Notes: generated by a model not told the origin, from the sequence alone. DNA of 64,000 nucleotides from an uncultured SAR86 cluster bacterium (GCA_905181595.1 CAJIYI010000001.1:79291-143290), one strand, 5' to 3'; shown: positions 16,407 through 26,970, counted from the first letter of the stretch. Translations and numbers: made by a program.

Positions 16407-18629
16407 TTGAGTGACAGGGCTGTCCCCAATACTCCTTTATTAGATTTCTCTAATAAAAAGTTACTCCAACCTATTCCGGAAGATCTTTATAACCTTGCCA
16501 GAGAATATTTCACCAGCAAAGAATTAGATCTACTTCAACAGGCTCATAGTGTTGCCAGTGAAGCTCATAAAGATCAATTTAGACAAGAAGGCTCTCCATA
16601 CATAACTCATCCTATTGCTGTTGCTGTAACGCTTCTTGAACTTCATTTGGATGTAGAAACAGTTTGCGCTGGACTTATGCATGATGTTCTAGAAGATAGC
16701 GTTATTCAAAAATCTTATCTAGAGAAATTATTTGGCAAAGAGACCCTCGTCATTATTGATGGTGTCAGCAACTTAAATAAATTAGATTTTGATAGCCTAG
16801 AGGACCGAAATGCAAATAATTTGCAAAAGATGGCCCTAGCAATGTCAAAGGACATAAGAGTGATCATTGTTAAATTATGTGATCGACTACACAACATGAA
16901 AACGATTGAATTTCTGCCAAGAGAAAAGCAGATTAGAAAATCTATTGAAACCTTAGAGTTGTATGGACCAATAGCAATTCGTGTTGGTATGCAAGATATA
17001 AGAGTGGAGCTGGAAGACCTAGCTTTTAAATGCATACATCCTATGAGAGCTAGGATGCTAGAATCAGCAATCACACAGGCAGTCGGCGGAAGAAAACGAA
17101 TAGTTTCCAAATTGCGCAAGCAATTTAAGTATCATCTAAAAAATAATGACATCTTGGCTACAGTCCAGGGCAGGCAGAAATCTCTATATAGTATTTACTC
17201 TAAAATTAAGCATAAAAAGAAACCTTTTTCTGAAATACTTGATGTATTTGCCTTTCGAGTAATAGTTAATTCTGTAGATGATGCTTACAGATCACTGGGC
17301 ATTATTCATAACGTTCACAAGCCAATTGGCCAAAGATTTAAAGATTACATTGCAATTCCTAAATCTAATGGATATCAGGCGATCCATACATCTTTAATTG
17401 CTTTAGATGGCATACCTATAGAAGTACAGATTCAAACCAAAAGTATGGAAACCATTGCAGGAACTGGTATTGCCGCACATTGGTCATATAAGACAAAAGA
17501 TCAGATTGACTCTGAATCGATAGGGGCAAAAAAATGGATAGAGAGCTTCACCGATTTAAATAAAGCTTCAATAGATACCAATGAGTTCGTCGAGGCTTTA
17601 AAAACAGACTTAGTCTATGACGAAGTATATGTTTTTACACCAAAGGGCAGAATTGTAAATTTGAAATCTGGATCTACTCCAATTGATTTTGCATACGAGC
17701 TGCATACAGAGCTTGGAAATCATACTCTGGCATGCAGAATCAATAGAAAATATGCTCCCTTAAACATTCAGCTTGAAAGCGGTCAATCTGTAGAAATTAT
17801 CAGATCTAATGAGCATGAAGTTAGCCCAGACTGGCTAAATTTTGTAGTAACAAGCAAGGCGCGCTCTTCCATTCGTTCAGCCTTGAGAAGTCAAAAGACA
17901 TCTCAAGCTAGAAAAGCTGGAAAGCTAATGCTTGAAACAGAATTAAAAAGAGGTGGGATTAGTCTTGCAGAATATCCGGGCAAAGCATTGTCTAGAATTT
18001 TAGAAGTCATAGGAGTGAAGTCTCTCAGCGCACTATTAACAGATCTCGGCTCAGGAAAGAAAACTGGTGCACTGGTAGCAGAACGATTTTTTGAAGGGTT
18101 AAATATATCCAAAGATAAATCAATAAGCATTCAGGCTATGGTGCTAGCAGATCATCAGATTGAAGGAGTATCTGTAATTTATGCTAAATGCTGCATGCCA
18201 ATTCATGGTGATCCAATTACCGCGCATTCAGATACAGACCGCGGCATAGTGATACATCATTCTCGTTGCGGGCAAGTAACTCCTCACAGAAGCAATACTT
18301 TGTCAGCAAGATATTTGTCAGCAATCTGGGGAACAAATAAAGTTGAGAGGCATTACACAGGTCATCTAAAGATTCATGCGGAGGATCGGCCAGGTATTTT
18401 GGCTGATATTGCATCTTCATTTACAAAAGCAAATCTCAATATTGTAAATATCAATAGCCGAGATATTGATGCAAAGATTATCGAATTTATTGTAGAGGCA
18501 GAAGTATTAAATGCAGAGTCCTTGAGCAAATTAATGATAAAATTGAGGTCTCTAAAGTATGTAACCAGTTGCTCAAGAATTATCAATGACACCAAATCAA
18601 AAAATGAAAAAACCAATATTTACAAGTAA
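16407..18629 (+). CDS. spoT: bifunctional (p)ppGpp synthetase/hydrolase (RSH, SpoT-type)
   Basis: 740-aa ORF with a TTG start. It has an HD hydrolase domain (HPIAVA...MHDVLED), a synthetase block (RFKDYIAIPKSNGYQAIHT), and TGS and C-terminal ACT regions. Confidence 0.9.
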   Translation: MSDRAVPNTPLLDFSNKKLLQPIPEDLYNLAREYFTSKELDLLQQAHSVASEAHKDQFRQEGSPYITHPIAVAVTLLELHLDVETVCAGLMHDVLEDSVIQKSYLEKLFGKETLVIIDGVSNLNKLDFDSLEDRNANNLQKMALAMSKDIRVIIVKLCDRLHNMKTIEFLPREKQIRKSIETLELYGPIAIRVGMQDIRVELEDLAFKCIHPMRARMLESAITQAVGGRKRIVSKLRKQFKYHLKNNDILATVQGRQKSLYSIYSKIKHKKKPFSEILDVFAFRVIVNSVDDAYRSLGIIHNVHKPIGQRFKDYIAIPKSNGYQAIHTSLIALDGIPIEVQIQTKSMETIAGTGIAAHWSYKTKDQIDSESIGAKKWIESFTDLNKASIDTNEFVEALKTDLVYDEVYVFTPKGRIVNLKSGSTPIDFAYELHTELGNHTLACRINRKYAPLNIQLESGQSVEIIRSNEHEVSPDWLNFVVTSKARSSIRSALRSQKTSQARKAGKLMLETELKRGGISLAEYPGKALSRILEVIGVKSLSALLTDLGSGKKTGALVAERFFEGLNISKDKSISIQAMVLADHQIEGVSVIYAKCCMPIHGDPITAHSDTDRGIVIHHSRCGQVTPHRSNTLSARYLSAIWGTNKVERHYTGHLKIHAEDRPGILADIASSFTKANLNIVNINSRDIDAKIIEFIVEAEVLNAESLSKLMIKLRSLKYVTSCSRIINDTKSKNEKTNIYK

Positions 18630-18987
18630 AGCACCGGCTGCAATAGGCCCATACTCTCAAGCAGTCCAATGGGGCGATGTAGTTTTTATTTCTGGACAGA
18701 TACCCTTAAACCCTGAAAACGGCCAATTAAATAATGCTACGTTTGAGGATGAGACTAACCAGGTCTTAGATAACCTTGAGGCTATATGCCAAGAAGCTGG
18801 AGGCACTCTAGATCATATTCTGAAACTCACCATTTATTTAACTGATCTTTCTAAGTTTGATGTAGTCAATTCAATAATGGCTTCTAGATTCTCTGAGCCG
18901 TTTCCTGCAAGAGCAACTTTAGAGATATCGAAGTTACCCAAGGAAGTCAGCATTGAGATGGATGCAATTTTATCTATTACAATTTAA
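18604..18987 (+). CDS. ridA: RidA/YjgF family reactive-intermediate deaminase
   Basis: The track ORF starts at 18586. The ATG at 18604 gives a 127-aa product, MKKPIFTSKAPAAIGPYSQA..., colinear with E. coli RidA. Either start overlaps the spoT 3' end. Confidence 0.88.
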   Translation: MKKPIFTSKAPAAIGPYSQAVQWGDVVFISGQIPLNPENGQLNNATFEDETNQVLDNLEAICQEAGGTLDHILKLTIYLTDLSKFDVVNSIMASRFSEPFPARATLEISKLPKEVSIEMDAILSITI

Positions 18988-19902
18988 TGTCTCAAAATCT
19001 TCTAAATCTCGCTCATCTAAAAGAACAAGATATTCTAGAGTTAATTGAGCTTGCTAATAACTTTAAATCTGAGGATTTAATTGAATATAGGCATGAAAAT
19101 CTTTTTCCTGATAAAAAGGTCGCATCTATCTTTTGTGAACCAAGCACTCGAACAAAATTATCTTTTGAGATAGCTGCTTGCAATCTAGGGGCAAAGTTCA
19201 TAGATTTCAATATTGAGAATTCTTCTATTCAAAAAGGTGAAACGTTAGAAGATACAATTGAAGCAATGATGTTGATGGGGATTGATTTATGTATCTTGCG
19301 TCACTCCGATTCTACTATTCACGATCTAGCCAAAGTATTCCCTGAGATGCAATTTATCAATGCGGGTGAGGGTTCAACAGGCTCATCCATCCCAAGCTCT
19401 GCTTGATTTGATGACAATACAGGAATCTAAAGATGCATTTAAAGATTTAAAAATTACTATTGTTGGTGATCTTGATCATTCGAGAGTTGTCAGTTCTTTT
19501 TTAGAAGCCATTCAAATTGTTGGCTATAAGAGCATTACCTTCTGCGGTCATCCAGATCTTTGTAAGACCTTTCTTGAGAATCCAGTTGGCAATTTTGAAC
19601 CCGAATTAAATATAGCACTCCAAGATGCCGATGTGGTCATTGCCTTGCGTATTCAGAATGAGCGCTTAACTGAGAAACTCTCTATTAGCGCTTCTGATTA
19701 TGTCGAGCGTTATCAAATTAACGTTGACTCTCTTCAAGTAGCATCACCCGATATGATTCTTCTTCACCCAGGCCCAGTAAATTTTGGAATTGAATTAAAC
19801 AAAGATGTTTCTGCTCTAGAGAATTGTAAGATTAAAAATCAGATTTTTAATGGAGTTGGCATGAGAATGGCAATTTTGACTAAACTTTTCTCTCAAGCAT
19901 AA
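18987..19902 (+). pseudogene. pyrB: aspartate carbamoyltransferase catalytic chain, frame broken by one surplus base near 19372-19374 (artefact not excluded)
   Basis: Two track ORFs (18987..19406 and 19360..19902) together form one PyrB. The first has STRTKLSFE and ends ...INAGEG; the second continues QQAHPSQALLDLMTI (HPxQ motif) in the +1 frame. The span is 916 nt, which is 3n+1. Confidence 0.88.
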
Positions 19903-20491
19903 TTTTTTTAATTGTTTCAACCGTGTTGATGGTTGTTTGATCAATCTCAATATTAATTAGATCTCCTTTTTTCATTTTTTGAAAGTTTGTTACCTTAATT
20001 GTTTCGGGTATGAGATGAATATTAAACGATGATTTAAAAACCTTTCCGATGGTTAAGCTGCATCCATTCAATCCAACATAACCCTTGTAAAATAAATACT
20101 CCATCAGTGATGCTGGTGGTTGAATTCTTAAATCCTTAGTTTGACCTCGATCATTTATGCTCTTTATGACACCAACACCATGAATATGGCCAGATACTAA
20201 ATGACCACCAATTTCAGTATTTGCTTTCATGGATCGCTCTAGATTTACCTTATTGCCTTTGCTTAGGAGTTTGAAGTTTGTCTTCTCTAAAGTCTCGGTA
20301 ATGACATCAAATTCTAATAAATCAGTAGCTCCTTTTTTTGCTGTTAAGCAGACCCCATTGACTGCAACACTGGCTCCACGTTTAAGATTTTTAGAGAAAC
20401 CTGCAGGCGCCTTAATCGTAATCGAAGCATAGTCGACATTATTTTTAATTTTATGAATATATCCTTGACCTGAAACAATACCTGTAAACAT
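19880..20491 (-). CDS. ribE: riboflavin synthase (alpha chain)
   Basis: 203-aa ORF starting [10 protein letters not shown], with the internal duplicated barrel (second GGHLVSGHI...) typical of riboflavin synthase. Its start overlaps the pyrE stop. Confidence 0.9.
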   Translation of the reverse strand: MFTGIVSGQGYIHKIKNNVDYASITIKAPAGFSKNLKRGASVAVNGVCLTAKKGATDLLEFDVITETLEKTNFKLLSKGNKVNLERSMKANTEIGGHLVSGHIHGVGVIKSINDRGQTKDLRIQPPASLMEYLFYKGYVGLNGCSLTIGKVFKSSFNIHLIPETIKVTNFQKMKKGDLINIEIDQTTINTVETIKKIMLERKV

Positions 20492-21138
20492 TATGCTCCC
20501 CAGGTTTCTCTGTAGCCTTCAAGCTGATCTTGATAAGAATGAAATTGACTATTGTGCTTAGAAAATTGAATCAATGCATCTAGATTCACAATCGATTCGA
20601 TAATAATCCCAAAATCTCTCTCCAGTTCAGATTTGGCCGAAAGATCACCCATGCCTTTCTCTTGCCTATCCAATCCAACAATAAATAATTTTGGATTTGC
20701 ATTCAGCCCTTTAATTAAATCAATAGATTCTCTGGCTGCAGTTCCCGCGGATAGCACGTCATCAATAATCATGACATCACCATGAGGTGAAGCTCCAATA
20801 ATATTGCCACCTTCGCCATGATCCTTAATCTCTTTTCTATTAAATGATAGAGGAAATGATCGACCTTCCTGGCTATATTTCATAGCAATTAATGACCCTA
20901 AAAAGATACCTTTGTATGCAGGCCCATAAATACAATCAAACTTTAAATTGAGACCTTCAATGACCTCAAAGTAACATGATGCTAATTGAGCTAGACTGCA
21001 ACCGTTAAGCATTTTTGCTGCATTAAAAAAATAAGGGCTAGAGCGACCAGACTTAAGTGTGAAGTTACCGAATTCTAATGCTTGTGATTCTAGGGCTAGG
21101 TCAATAAAACTTACTTGATAGTCTTTTAGCTCAGGCAT
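20491..21138 (-). CDS. pyrE: orotate phosphoribosyltransferase
   Basis: 215-aa ORF with the PRPP-binding motif [13 protein letters not shown]. The rph-pyrE order matches E. coli. Confidence 0.92.
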   Translation of the reverse strand: MPELKDYQVSFIDLALESQALEFGNFTLKSGRSSPYFFNAAKMLNGCSLAQLASCYFEVIEGLNLKFDCIYGPAYKGIFLGSLIAMKYSQEGRSFPLSFNRKEIKDHGEGGNIIGASPHGDVMIIDDVLSAGTAARESIDLIKGLNANPKLFIVGLDRQEKGMGDLSAKSELERDFGIIIESIVNLDALIQFSKHNSQFHSYQDQLEGYRETWGA

Positions 21139-21836
21139 GATTTTTGAATTTCTATAATATCTTTAATGCCATCTGATGCGATAGCAAGCATTTGATCAAG
21201 CTGCTCTTTGGTGAAGGGATGAATTTCAGCTGTGCCTTGAACCTCAATAATGCCACCACTTTCTGTCATCACTACATTTAAATCAGTTTCTGCTGAACTG
21301 TCTTCCTCATAATTTAAATCCAGTAATGGCTCTCCATCTTTCAAGCCAATAGATACAGCTGCGACGTATTCTTTTATTGCCCGATGATCTCCATGTGAAT
21401 TTTTAATAGCTTCAAATAAAGCAACGCATGCTCCCGAGATAGAGGCAGTCCGTGTTCCACCGTCTGCTTGAATGACATCACAATCAACACTAATAGTTTT
21501 ATCTTTTAAAAACTTCAAATCTACAGCTTGTCTTAATGATCGGCCAATCAATCTTTGAATTTCCATAGTTCTTCCGCTTTGCTTTCCTCGAGCAGATTCT
21601 CTATTCATTCTGCTATGAGTCGATCTCGGTAGCATTCCGTATTCAGCTGTAATCCAGCCCTCATTAGATCCACGCATCCATCTTGGTACACCATTTTCAA
21701 TGGTTGCAGTACAAATGACATGTGTGTCACCAAATTTAACTAATGCAGAGCCTTCCGCATGCTTATTCACACCTATTTCTATCTCAATAGGCCTCATTTG
21801 ATTTTCTTGTCTATTATTGATTCTTGTCATGGACAT
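21126..21836 (-). CDS. rph: ribonuclease PH
   Basis: 236-aa ORF with the blocks [43 protein letters not shown] and [16 protein letters not shown]. Confidence 0.93.
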   Translation of the reverse strand: MSMTRINNRQENQMRPIEIEIGVNKHAEGSALVKFGDTHVICTATIENGVPRWMRGSNEGWITAEYGMLPRSTHSRMNRESARGKQSGRTMEIQRLIGRSLRQAVDLKFLKDKTISVDCDVIQADGGTRTASISGACVALFEAIKNSHGDHRAIKEYVAAVSIGLKDGEPLLDLNYEEDSSAETDLNVVMTESGGIIEVQGTAEIHPFTKEQLDQMLAIASDGIKDIIEIQKSCLS

Positions 21837-21887
21837 ATTATATCTCTTTAAATGGTTTTATAATTCTGAAAGAGAGGAAAATCTACT

Positions 21888-23273
21888 ATGAAAAATATTT
21901 TACATTTATCGGCATTACTTTTGTTGATCACGAGTTGCTCAGACATGGGCACATTACCAAACTTAGACCTGGAAGATCAAAAGGATTATTTTGCTTCGAC
22001 TTATACTCCAATGGAATCAGAACCTACCTTATTTAAATCTGCAAATATTTACGATGGTTTAGGTGGCGAGTTTATTGGTTATGACTTATTAGTTGCGGAT
22101 GGAAAAATTATTGAATTCGGCCAAGCGCTATCTAATTCAGGTGTCAAAGTTATCGATGCATCTGGTCAATGGATCACACCAGGAATCTTTGATATACATT
22201 CGCATATGGGAGTTTACTCAGCACCAGGGGTTTCAACTAGCTCTGATGGCAATGAAGCAACATCACCTGTAACTGCAGAAGTCTGGGCAGAGCATTCTGT
22301 GTGGACGCAGGATCCTCAATTTGCTTTAGCTTTAAAAGGAGGGGTTACTTCATTTCATGTCTTACCTGGGTCTGCAAATTTATTTGGAGGCAGGGGAGCA
22401 ACATTTAAAAATATCTCACAAAATACTATTCAGGCAATGAAGTTTCCCGATGCGCCTCATTCGTTAAAAATGGCTTGTGGTGAAAATCCCAAAAGAGTTT
22501 ATGGGAACAGAAGACAGTCTCCCTCGACCAGGATGGGAAACATGGCAGGTTACCGAAGCGCATGGATTGATGCTGTGGAATACAGAGACGGCATGAATGA
22601 AAGAGATGCTGATCAACGACCAACTCGAGATTTAGCCATGGATACTCTTAAGGGTGTTTTGGATGGAGAAATCCTTATTCAGAATCATTGTTATAGAGCA
22701 GAAGAGATGGCCATGATGATTGAAATGTCTAAAGAATTTAATTATCAAGTGACTACGTTTCATCATGCTGTAGAAGCTTATAAAATCGCTGATCTTTTAG
22801 CTGATGAGGGTATTTGTGCTGCCATGTGGGCAGACTGGTGGGGGTTTAAGCATGAAGCTTACGATATGGTCCCTGCGAATATTGCAATTATTGATCAAGC
22901 AAGAAATGGAACGGGGTGTGCAATAGTTCACTCTGATGATGCGGTTGGAATTCAGCATTTAAATCAGGAGGCCGCAAAGGCTATGGCAGCTGGAAATCGA
23001 GCAGGCTATAGCATTTCAAAAGCTCATGCCATGAAGTGGATAACAAGTAATCCAGCAAAGGCTGCTGGTGTCTTAGAGCATACTGGGAGCATTGAAGCTG
23101 GAAAAGATGCAGACATAGTGCTTTGGACTCATAATCCATTTAGTGTCTATGCAAGGGCTCAACAAGTCTTGATTGATGGGGCTGTTGCATATGATATGAA
23201 TGATCCGAAAAAACAACCAATAACAGATTTTGATTTGGGTATTATTAATCCACAAATAAATAGGGTGCAATAA
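21888..23273 (+). CDS. exported (lipoprotein-like) metal-dependent amidohydrolase, COG1228-like
   Basis: 461-aa ORF with a signal peptide ending in the lipobox-like LLITSC, the beta-1 HxH motif FDIHSHMG (codons 22197-22205), a later VHSDD block, and GKDADIVLW near the C-terminus. Confidence 0.8.
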   Translation: MKNILHLSALLLLITSCSDMGTLPNLDLEDQKDYFASTYTPMESEPTLFKSANIYDGLGGEFIGYDLLVADGKIIEFGQALSNSGVKVIDASGQWITPGIFDIHSHMGVYSAPGVSTSSDGNEATSPVTAEVWAEHSVWTQDPQFALALKGGVTSFHVLPGSANLFGGRGATFKNISQNTIQAMKFPDAPHSLKMACGENPKRVYGNRRQSPSTRMGNMAGYRSAWIDAVEYRDGMNERDADQRPTRDLAMDTLKGVLDGEILIQNHCYRAEEMAMMIEMSKEFNYQVTTFHHAVEAYKIADLLADEGICAAMWADWWGFKHEAYDMVPANIAIIDQARNGTGCAIVHSDDAVGIQHLNQEAAKAMAAGNRAGYSISKAHAMKWITSNPAKAAGVLEHTGSIEAGKDADIVLWTHNPFSVYARAQQVLIDGAVAYDMNDPKKQPITDFDLGIINPQINRVQ

Positions 23274-23274
23274 C

Positions 23275-24516
23275 ATGAAATACTTTTCTTTAACTTTATT
23301 TGCAGTCTTTTCTCTAAGTGCATTTTCGCAATCCATCTTATTAAAGGGTGGGATGGTTCACTCTGGAACAGGAGCAGAAGCAACGCTTCAAGATATTCTC
23401 ATATCAGGAAATGAGATTGCTAAAATTGGTAATAACCTAACTATTAATGGCAAAACACAAGTCATTGAGTTGAATGGCTTGCCAGTAACTCCTGGTTTAA
23501 TTTCTCCGATGAGCAATCTTGGGATAGTAGAAATTAATGCGCTTGATGTTACTAGGGACGATGAATCAGATATTTTAAAAGCTGGATTCAGTATTTTTAA
23601 TGCCTTCAATCCCCATTCTACTGGGATTCCATGGAATAGAAGTAATGGTGTTACAAGTGCGATTACCAGTCCTGGTTCATCCTCATTTCCCATGTTTGGT
23701 TTGGCCTCTTATTTTATCTTGGATGGCAGTCTCGAAATCAAGGGCCTAAAAGATATTGCAATGTTTGGTCGCATGGGGGCCTCATATGGCTCTAGGGCTG
23801 AAACTTTAACAATTCTAGAATCTTTATTAGAGCTAGGACAAAAAGCTAGCAATACTCCGGTAGAAGAGATTCTAGAAATGCGTTTAGCTGATCAGCTAGA
23901 GCTGCAGGCTCAAGATATTCTTGCCCTAAATAATTTAGTTAATAACGGCTTACCCTTTGTTCTAGAAACCAATCGAGCTGTTGATATTCTTCAAGCAATA
24001 GCTTTACAAAAGAAATATGGATTAAATTTAGTTCTGTCTAGTGTTGAAGAGGCGCCCATGGTTATTGAGCAGCTTCAAGCCAGTGGAATCCCAGTTATTA
24101 TTGATCCAATGGACAACATCCCAAATTCATTTGATGAGCTAGGCTCTAGTCTATTGTTGGGTAAAGTTCTGGATCAAGCAGGCATTAAAGTGATGTTCAG
24201 CACACAAAGAAGCCATAACTATCATCTGATGAGGCAAGGATCTGGTAATGCTGTTGCTCATGGTATGTCTTATCAATCTGCTATTAGAGGAATGACATTG
24301 ACCGTTGCCGAAACATTTAAGTTGGGAAATCGAGGCTCAATTATTGAGGGAAAAATTGCAGATATAGTTGTTTGGGATGCCGATCCATTGGAGCCTTCTT
24401 CCTTTCCAAAGTTTGTTTTTATAGAAGGAAAATCTCAGGATTTGAGCTCGAGGTCTACAAGACTTACAGAGAGATATACAAATAAGGACGATAAACCCTC
24501 ATCTTATAAACATTAA
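23275..24516 (+). CDS. exported amidohydrolase-fold paralogue lacking the HxH and Asp metal ligands
   Basis: 413-aa ORF starting 1 nt after the preceding stop, with signal peptide MKYFSLTLFAVFSLSAFSQ. VTPGLISPMSNLG aligns with ITPGIFDIHSHMG but has M-S-N in place of H-x-H (23509-23517). It retains GKIADIVVWDADP. Confidence 0.7.
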   Translation: MKYFSLTLFAVFSLSAFSQSILLKGGMVHSGTGAEATLQDILISGNEIAKIGNNLTINGKTQVIELNGLPVTPGLISPMSNLGIVEINALDVTRDDESDILKAGFSIFNAFNPHSTGIPWNRSNGVTSAITSPGSSSFPMFGLASYFILDGSLEIKGLKDIAMFGRMGASYGSRAETLTILESLLELGQKASNTPVEEILEMRLADQLELQAQDILALNNLVNNGLPFVLETNRAVDILQAIALQKKYGLNLVLSSVEEAPMVIEQLQASGIPVIIDPMDNIPNSFDELGSSLLLGKVLDQAGIKVMFSTQRSHNYHLMRQGSGNAVAHGMSYQSAIRGMTLTVAETFKLGNRGSIIEGKIADIVVWDADPLEPSSFPKFVFIEGKSQDLSSRSTRLTERYTNKDDKPSSYKH

Positions 24517-24524
24517 TACTAAGA

Positions 24525-24968
24525 TTAGGCTAACAGTTCTTTGATAATTACGCTGACAACAGACATGTCAGCTTTACCTTCTAACTTGGGCTTGAGATAG
24601 CCCATTAACTTGCCCATGTCTTGCATGGATGATGCAGATAGGTTTTCTATGCCTTCTTTCACCAGTGTAGTTATTTCTTCATCAGTTAGCTGTTTCGGCA
24701 AATAGCGAAGGATAACATTGAGTTGCTCTTGTTCTTTTTCAACAAGATCATCTCTGTTGCCATTTTTAAATTGTTCTATTGAGTCCCGGCGTTGTTTTAC
24801 AGTCTTATTAATAAGAGTTGAGATAACCGCATCGTCTGCTTCTAATCTTTCATCTATTTCGTATTTCTTAATATCTGAAATAATCATTCTGATGGTATCG
24901 CGCGCAACAACATCTTTGCTGATCATCGCAGTTTTGAGGTCTTGATTGAGGGTGTCTAGAAGAGACAA
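24525..24968 (-). CDS. GatB/YqeY domain protein
   Basis: 147-aa ORF with MSLLDTLNQDLKTAMISKD...RDTIRMI...KQRRDSIEQF, typical of YqeY. It lies directly downstream of rpsU, as in many Proteobacteria. Confidence 0.85.
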   Translation of the reverse strand: MSLLDTLNQDLKTAMISKDVVARDTIRMIISDIKKYEIDERLEADDAVISTLINKTVKQRRDSIEQFKNGNRDDLVEKEQEQLNVILRYLPKQLTDEEITTLVKEGIENLSASSMQDMGKLMGYLKPKLEGKADMSVVSVIIKELLA

Positions 24969-24969
24969 A

Positions 24970-25188
24970 TTAGCGATAAGATCTTTGTCTTGGAAAACTA
25001 AACTTTCTATTAGTTTTATGAGCTCGCTTAATAGCAGCTGCCATTTTTCTTTTTCTTACAGCTGTAGGTTTTTCGTAGAATTCTCTTGCTCTGATTTCAG
25101 GAACAATAGCTGCTTTTTCACAAGCGCGTTTAAATTTACGTAATCCTACGTCAAAGTATTCAGTTTCTTTTATTATTATAGAAGGCAT
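24970..25188 (-). CDS. rpsU: 30S ribosomal protein S21
   Basis: 72-aa basic [13 protein letters not shown]...[15 protein letters not shown]...[17 protein letters not shown]. Confidence 0.95.
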   Translation of the reverse strand: MPSIIIKETEYFDVGLRKFKRACEKAAIVPEIRAREFYEKPTAVRKRKMAAAIKRAHKTNRKFSFPRQRSYR

Positions 25189-25239
25189 AATTGCTGGGTA
25201 GTTTATTCTTTTTATGACTCGAATGCAAAAACTTTTTTT

Positions 25240-26235
25240 ATGATTACTCTTGGAATAGAAACATCTTGCGATGAAACAGCTGTAGCCATATTTGACTCAG
25301 ATAAAGGTCTTATTGGAGAGTCTGTTTTTTCTCAAATAGATCTTCATAGTGAATATGGTGGGGTCATCCCAGAGCTAGCCTCTCGAGATCATTGTAAAAA
25401 AATTATTCAAATATATAAGCATGCGCTTGGTGCAATTGATCCTGGTGAAATAGACTATGTTGCTTACACAGCTGGTCCCGGGCTTTTGGGCGCTCTCTTA
25501 ATTGGAGAAAATTTTGCACAAGGTTTAGCGCTGTCACTCAACAAACCTCTTATTCCTGTAAACCATCTTGAAGCGCATTTAATGGCACCTTTTTTAGATG
25601 AAGAAAAAGTAGAATTTCCATTTTTAACGCTGTTAGTTTCTGGTGGCCATTCTTTGATTATTGATGTAAAAGGATTAAATCAATATGAAATTTTAGGTCA
25701 ATCGCGAGATGATGCTGTGGGAGAAGCTTTTGATAAAGTGGCCAAGCTCATTGGTTTGGGTTATCCAGGTGGACCAGAAATTGAAAGAGTCGCACAAAGT
25801 GGAGATCCCATGGCGTTTAACTTTCCTCAGCCTATGTTGCATAGTTCAGATTATGATTTTAGTTTTAGTGGATTAAAAACTGCAGTTTTATATGCGGTGC
25901 AAGATATTGGAGAGATCAATTCTCAGACTCAGGCAGATATTGCTGCTTCATTCCAGCATGCTGCTACTGAAGTCTTAATAAAAAAAATTACTAAAGCATT
26001 AGAAGATACTGGAAGAGAATCTATAGTTCTAGCTGGAGGAGTTGCAGCCAATAAACTTCTTAGAAATAAAATCTCTCTTTTAAAATCTAAATTAAATGTT
26101 GATGTTTTATATCCTCCTCTTTCTCACTGCACAGATAATGCTGCCATGATTGCGTATTTGGGCAGCATGAAAGTGAATGAGGCAACCTTTAGTTTAGCCT
26201 CTCATGCGAAACCAAGATGGCCTCTGGGAAGTTAA
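25240..26235 (+). CDS. tsaD: tRNA N6-threonylcarbamoyladenosine synthesis protein TsaD
   Basis: 331-aa ORF with [13 protein letters not shown] and HLEAHL motifs. It is divergent from rpsU, as in E. coli. Confidence 0.93.
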   Translation: MITLGIETSCDETAVAIFDSDKGLIGESVFSQIDLHSEYGGVIPELASRDHCKKIIQIYKHALGAIDPGEIDYVAYTAGPGLLGALLIGENFAQGLALSLNKPLIPVNHLEAHLMAPFLDEEKVEFPFLTLLVSGGHSLIIDVKGLNQYEILGQSRDDAVGEAFDKVAKLIGLGYPGGPEIERVAQSGDPMAFNFPQPMLHSSDYDFSFSGLKTAVLYAVQDIGEINSQTQADIAASFQHAATEVLIKKITKALEDTGRESIVLAGGVAANKLLRNKISLLKSKLNVDVLYPPLSHCTDNAAMIAYLGSMKVNEATFSLASHAKPRWPLGS

Positions 26236-26239
26236 TATT

Positions 26240-26587
26240 ATGAAAGATACTATTTATATTCATAACCTCAAGGTGCAAACAATTATTGGTATTTTTGGTT
26301 GGGAGAGAAAAGTTCGTCAAGAAGTCAGTATTGATTTAGAGCTTTCCTTCGATTGTGCTAAGGCGGCTAAAACTGATTCAATAGAAAGCACTCTAGATTA
26401 CAAAGCAATCACCAAAGGGGTCATTGCATTTGTAGAGGCATCGAGTTTTCAGCTTCAAGAGTCATTGGCAGAGGGAATTGCTGCATTGGTTAAAGAAAAC
26501 TATGGAGTTGAATCTTTAAAGCTTCGAGTCTCAAAGCCAGGTGCTTTAAGGCATGCTGATGATGTAGGAGTCATTATCCATAGGTGA
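26240..26587 (+). CDS. folB: dihydroneopterin aldolase
   Basis: The track ORF starts at 26204, inside tsaD. The ATG at 26240 gives 115 aa, MKDTIYIHNLKVQTIIGIFGWERKVRQ...DYK, typical of FolB. Confidence 0.88.
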   Translation: MKDTIYIHNLKVQTIIGIFGWERKVRQEVSIDLELSFDCAKAAKTDSIESTLDYKAITKGVIAFVEASSFQLQESLAEGIAALVKENYGVESLKLRVSKPGALRHADDVGVIIHR

Positions 26588-26964
26588 TGAGATACTTTTT
26601 ATCCTTAGGCAGTAATATTAATGCACAAAAGAATATTGAGTTTGCTGCGTCTGAGCTATCCAAGATATTTTCTGACTTAAACAGCTCTTCCATTCATAAA
26701 ACTAAAGCTGAGGGTTTTGAGGGTGAAGACTTTTTAAATTCTGTAATATCTGGCACATGTCAATTTTCCTTTGACGCTTTGAACAAGAAGTTAAAAGAAA
26801 TTGAAAATGCGGCAGGCAGAGATCGTAATGCACCAAAGTTTAGCGCAAGAACATTAGATATCGATATTGTGCTGCAGTTGGATGAGGATGATGAAATAAT
26901 CTATGAGAGCGAAGAAATAACACAATATAAATTCGTCTCAGAGCCCCTAAAAGAAATACTTTAA
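26587..26964 (+). CDS. folK: 6-hydroxymethyl-dihydropterin pyrophosphokinase (compact form)
   Basis: The ATG at 26587 overlaps the folB TGA by 1 nt; a GTG at 26584 is also possible. The product has LSLGSNI and GRDRNAPKFSARTLDIDIVL blocks. About 125 aa is shorter than the usual ~160 aa. Confidence 0.8.
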   Translation: MRYFLSLGSNINAQKNIEFAASELSKIFSDLNSSSIHKTKAEGFEGEDFLNSVISGTCQFSFDALNKKLKEIENAAGRDRNAPKFSARTLDIDIVLQLDEDDEIIYESEEITQYKFVSEPLKEIL

Positions 26965-26970
26965 TAGAAG

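Noticed and set aside
16715-17119. 134-aa ORF antisense to spoT. Similar antisense or alternate-frame ORFs occur at 10410-10799 and 9429-9629 in hppA, 15290-15604 across yicC/gmk, 1647-1952 inside ntrB, 41111-41383 in trpE, and at other sites in the track.
   Set aside because: All lie wholly inside strongly supported genes and have low-complexity or Ser/Leu/Ile-rich translations with no recognisable motifs. They have no independent start context. They are typical shadow ORFs of the coding frame.
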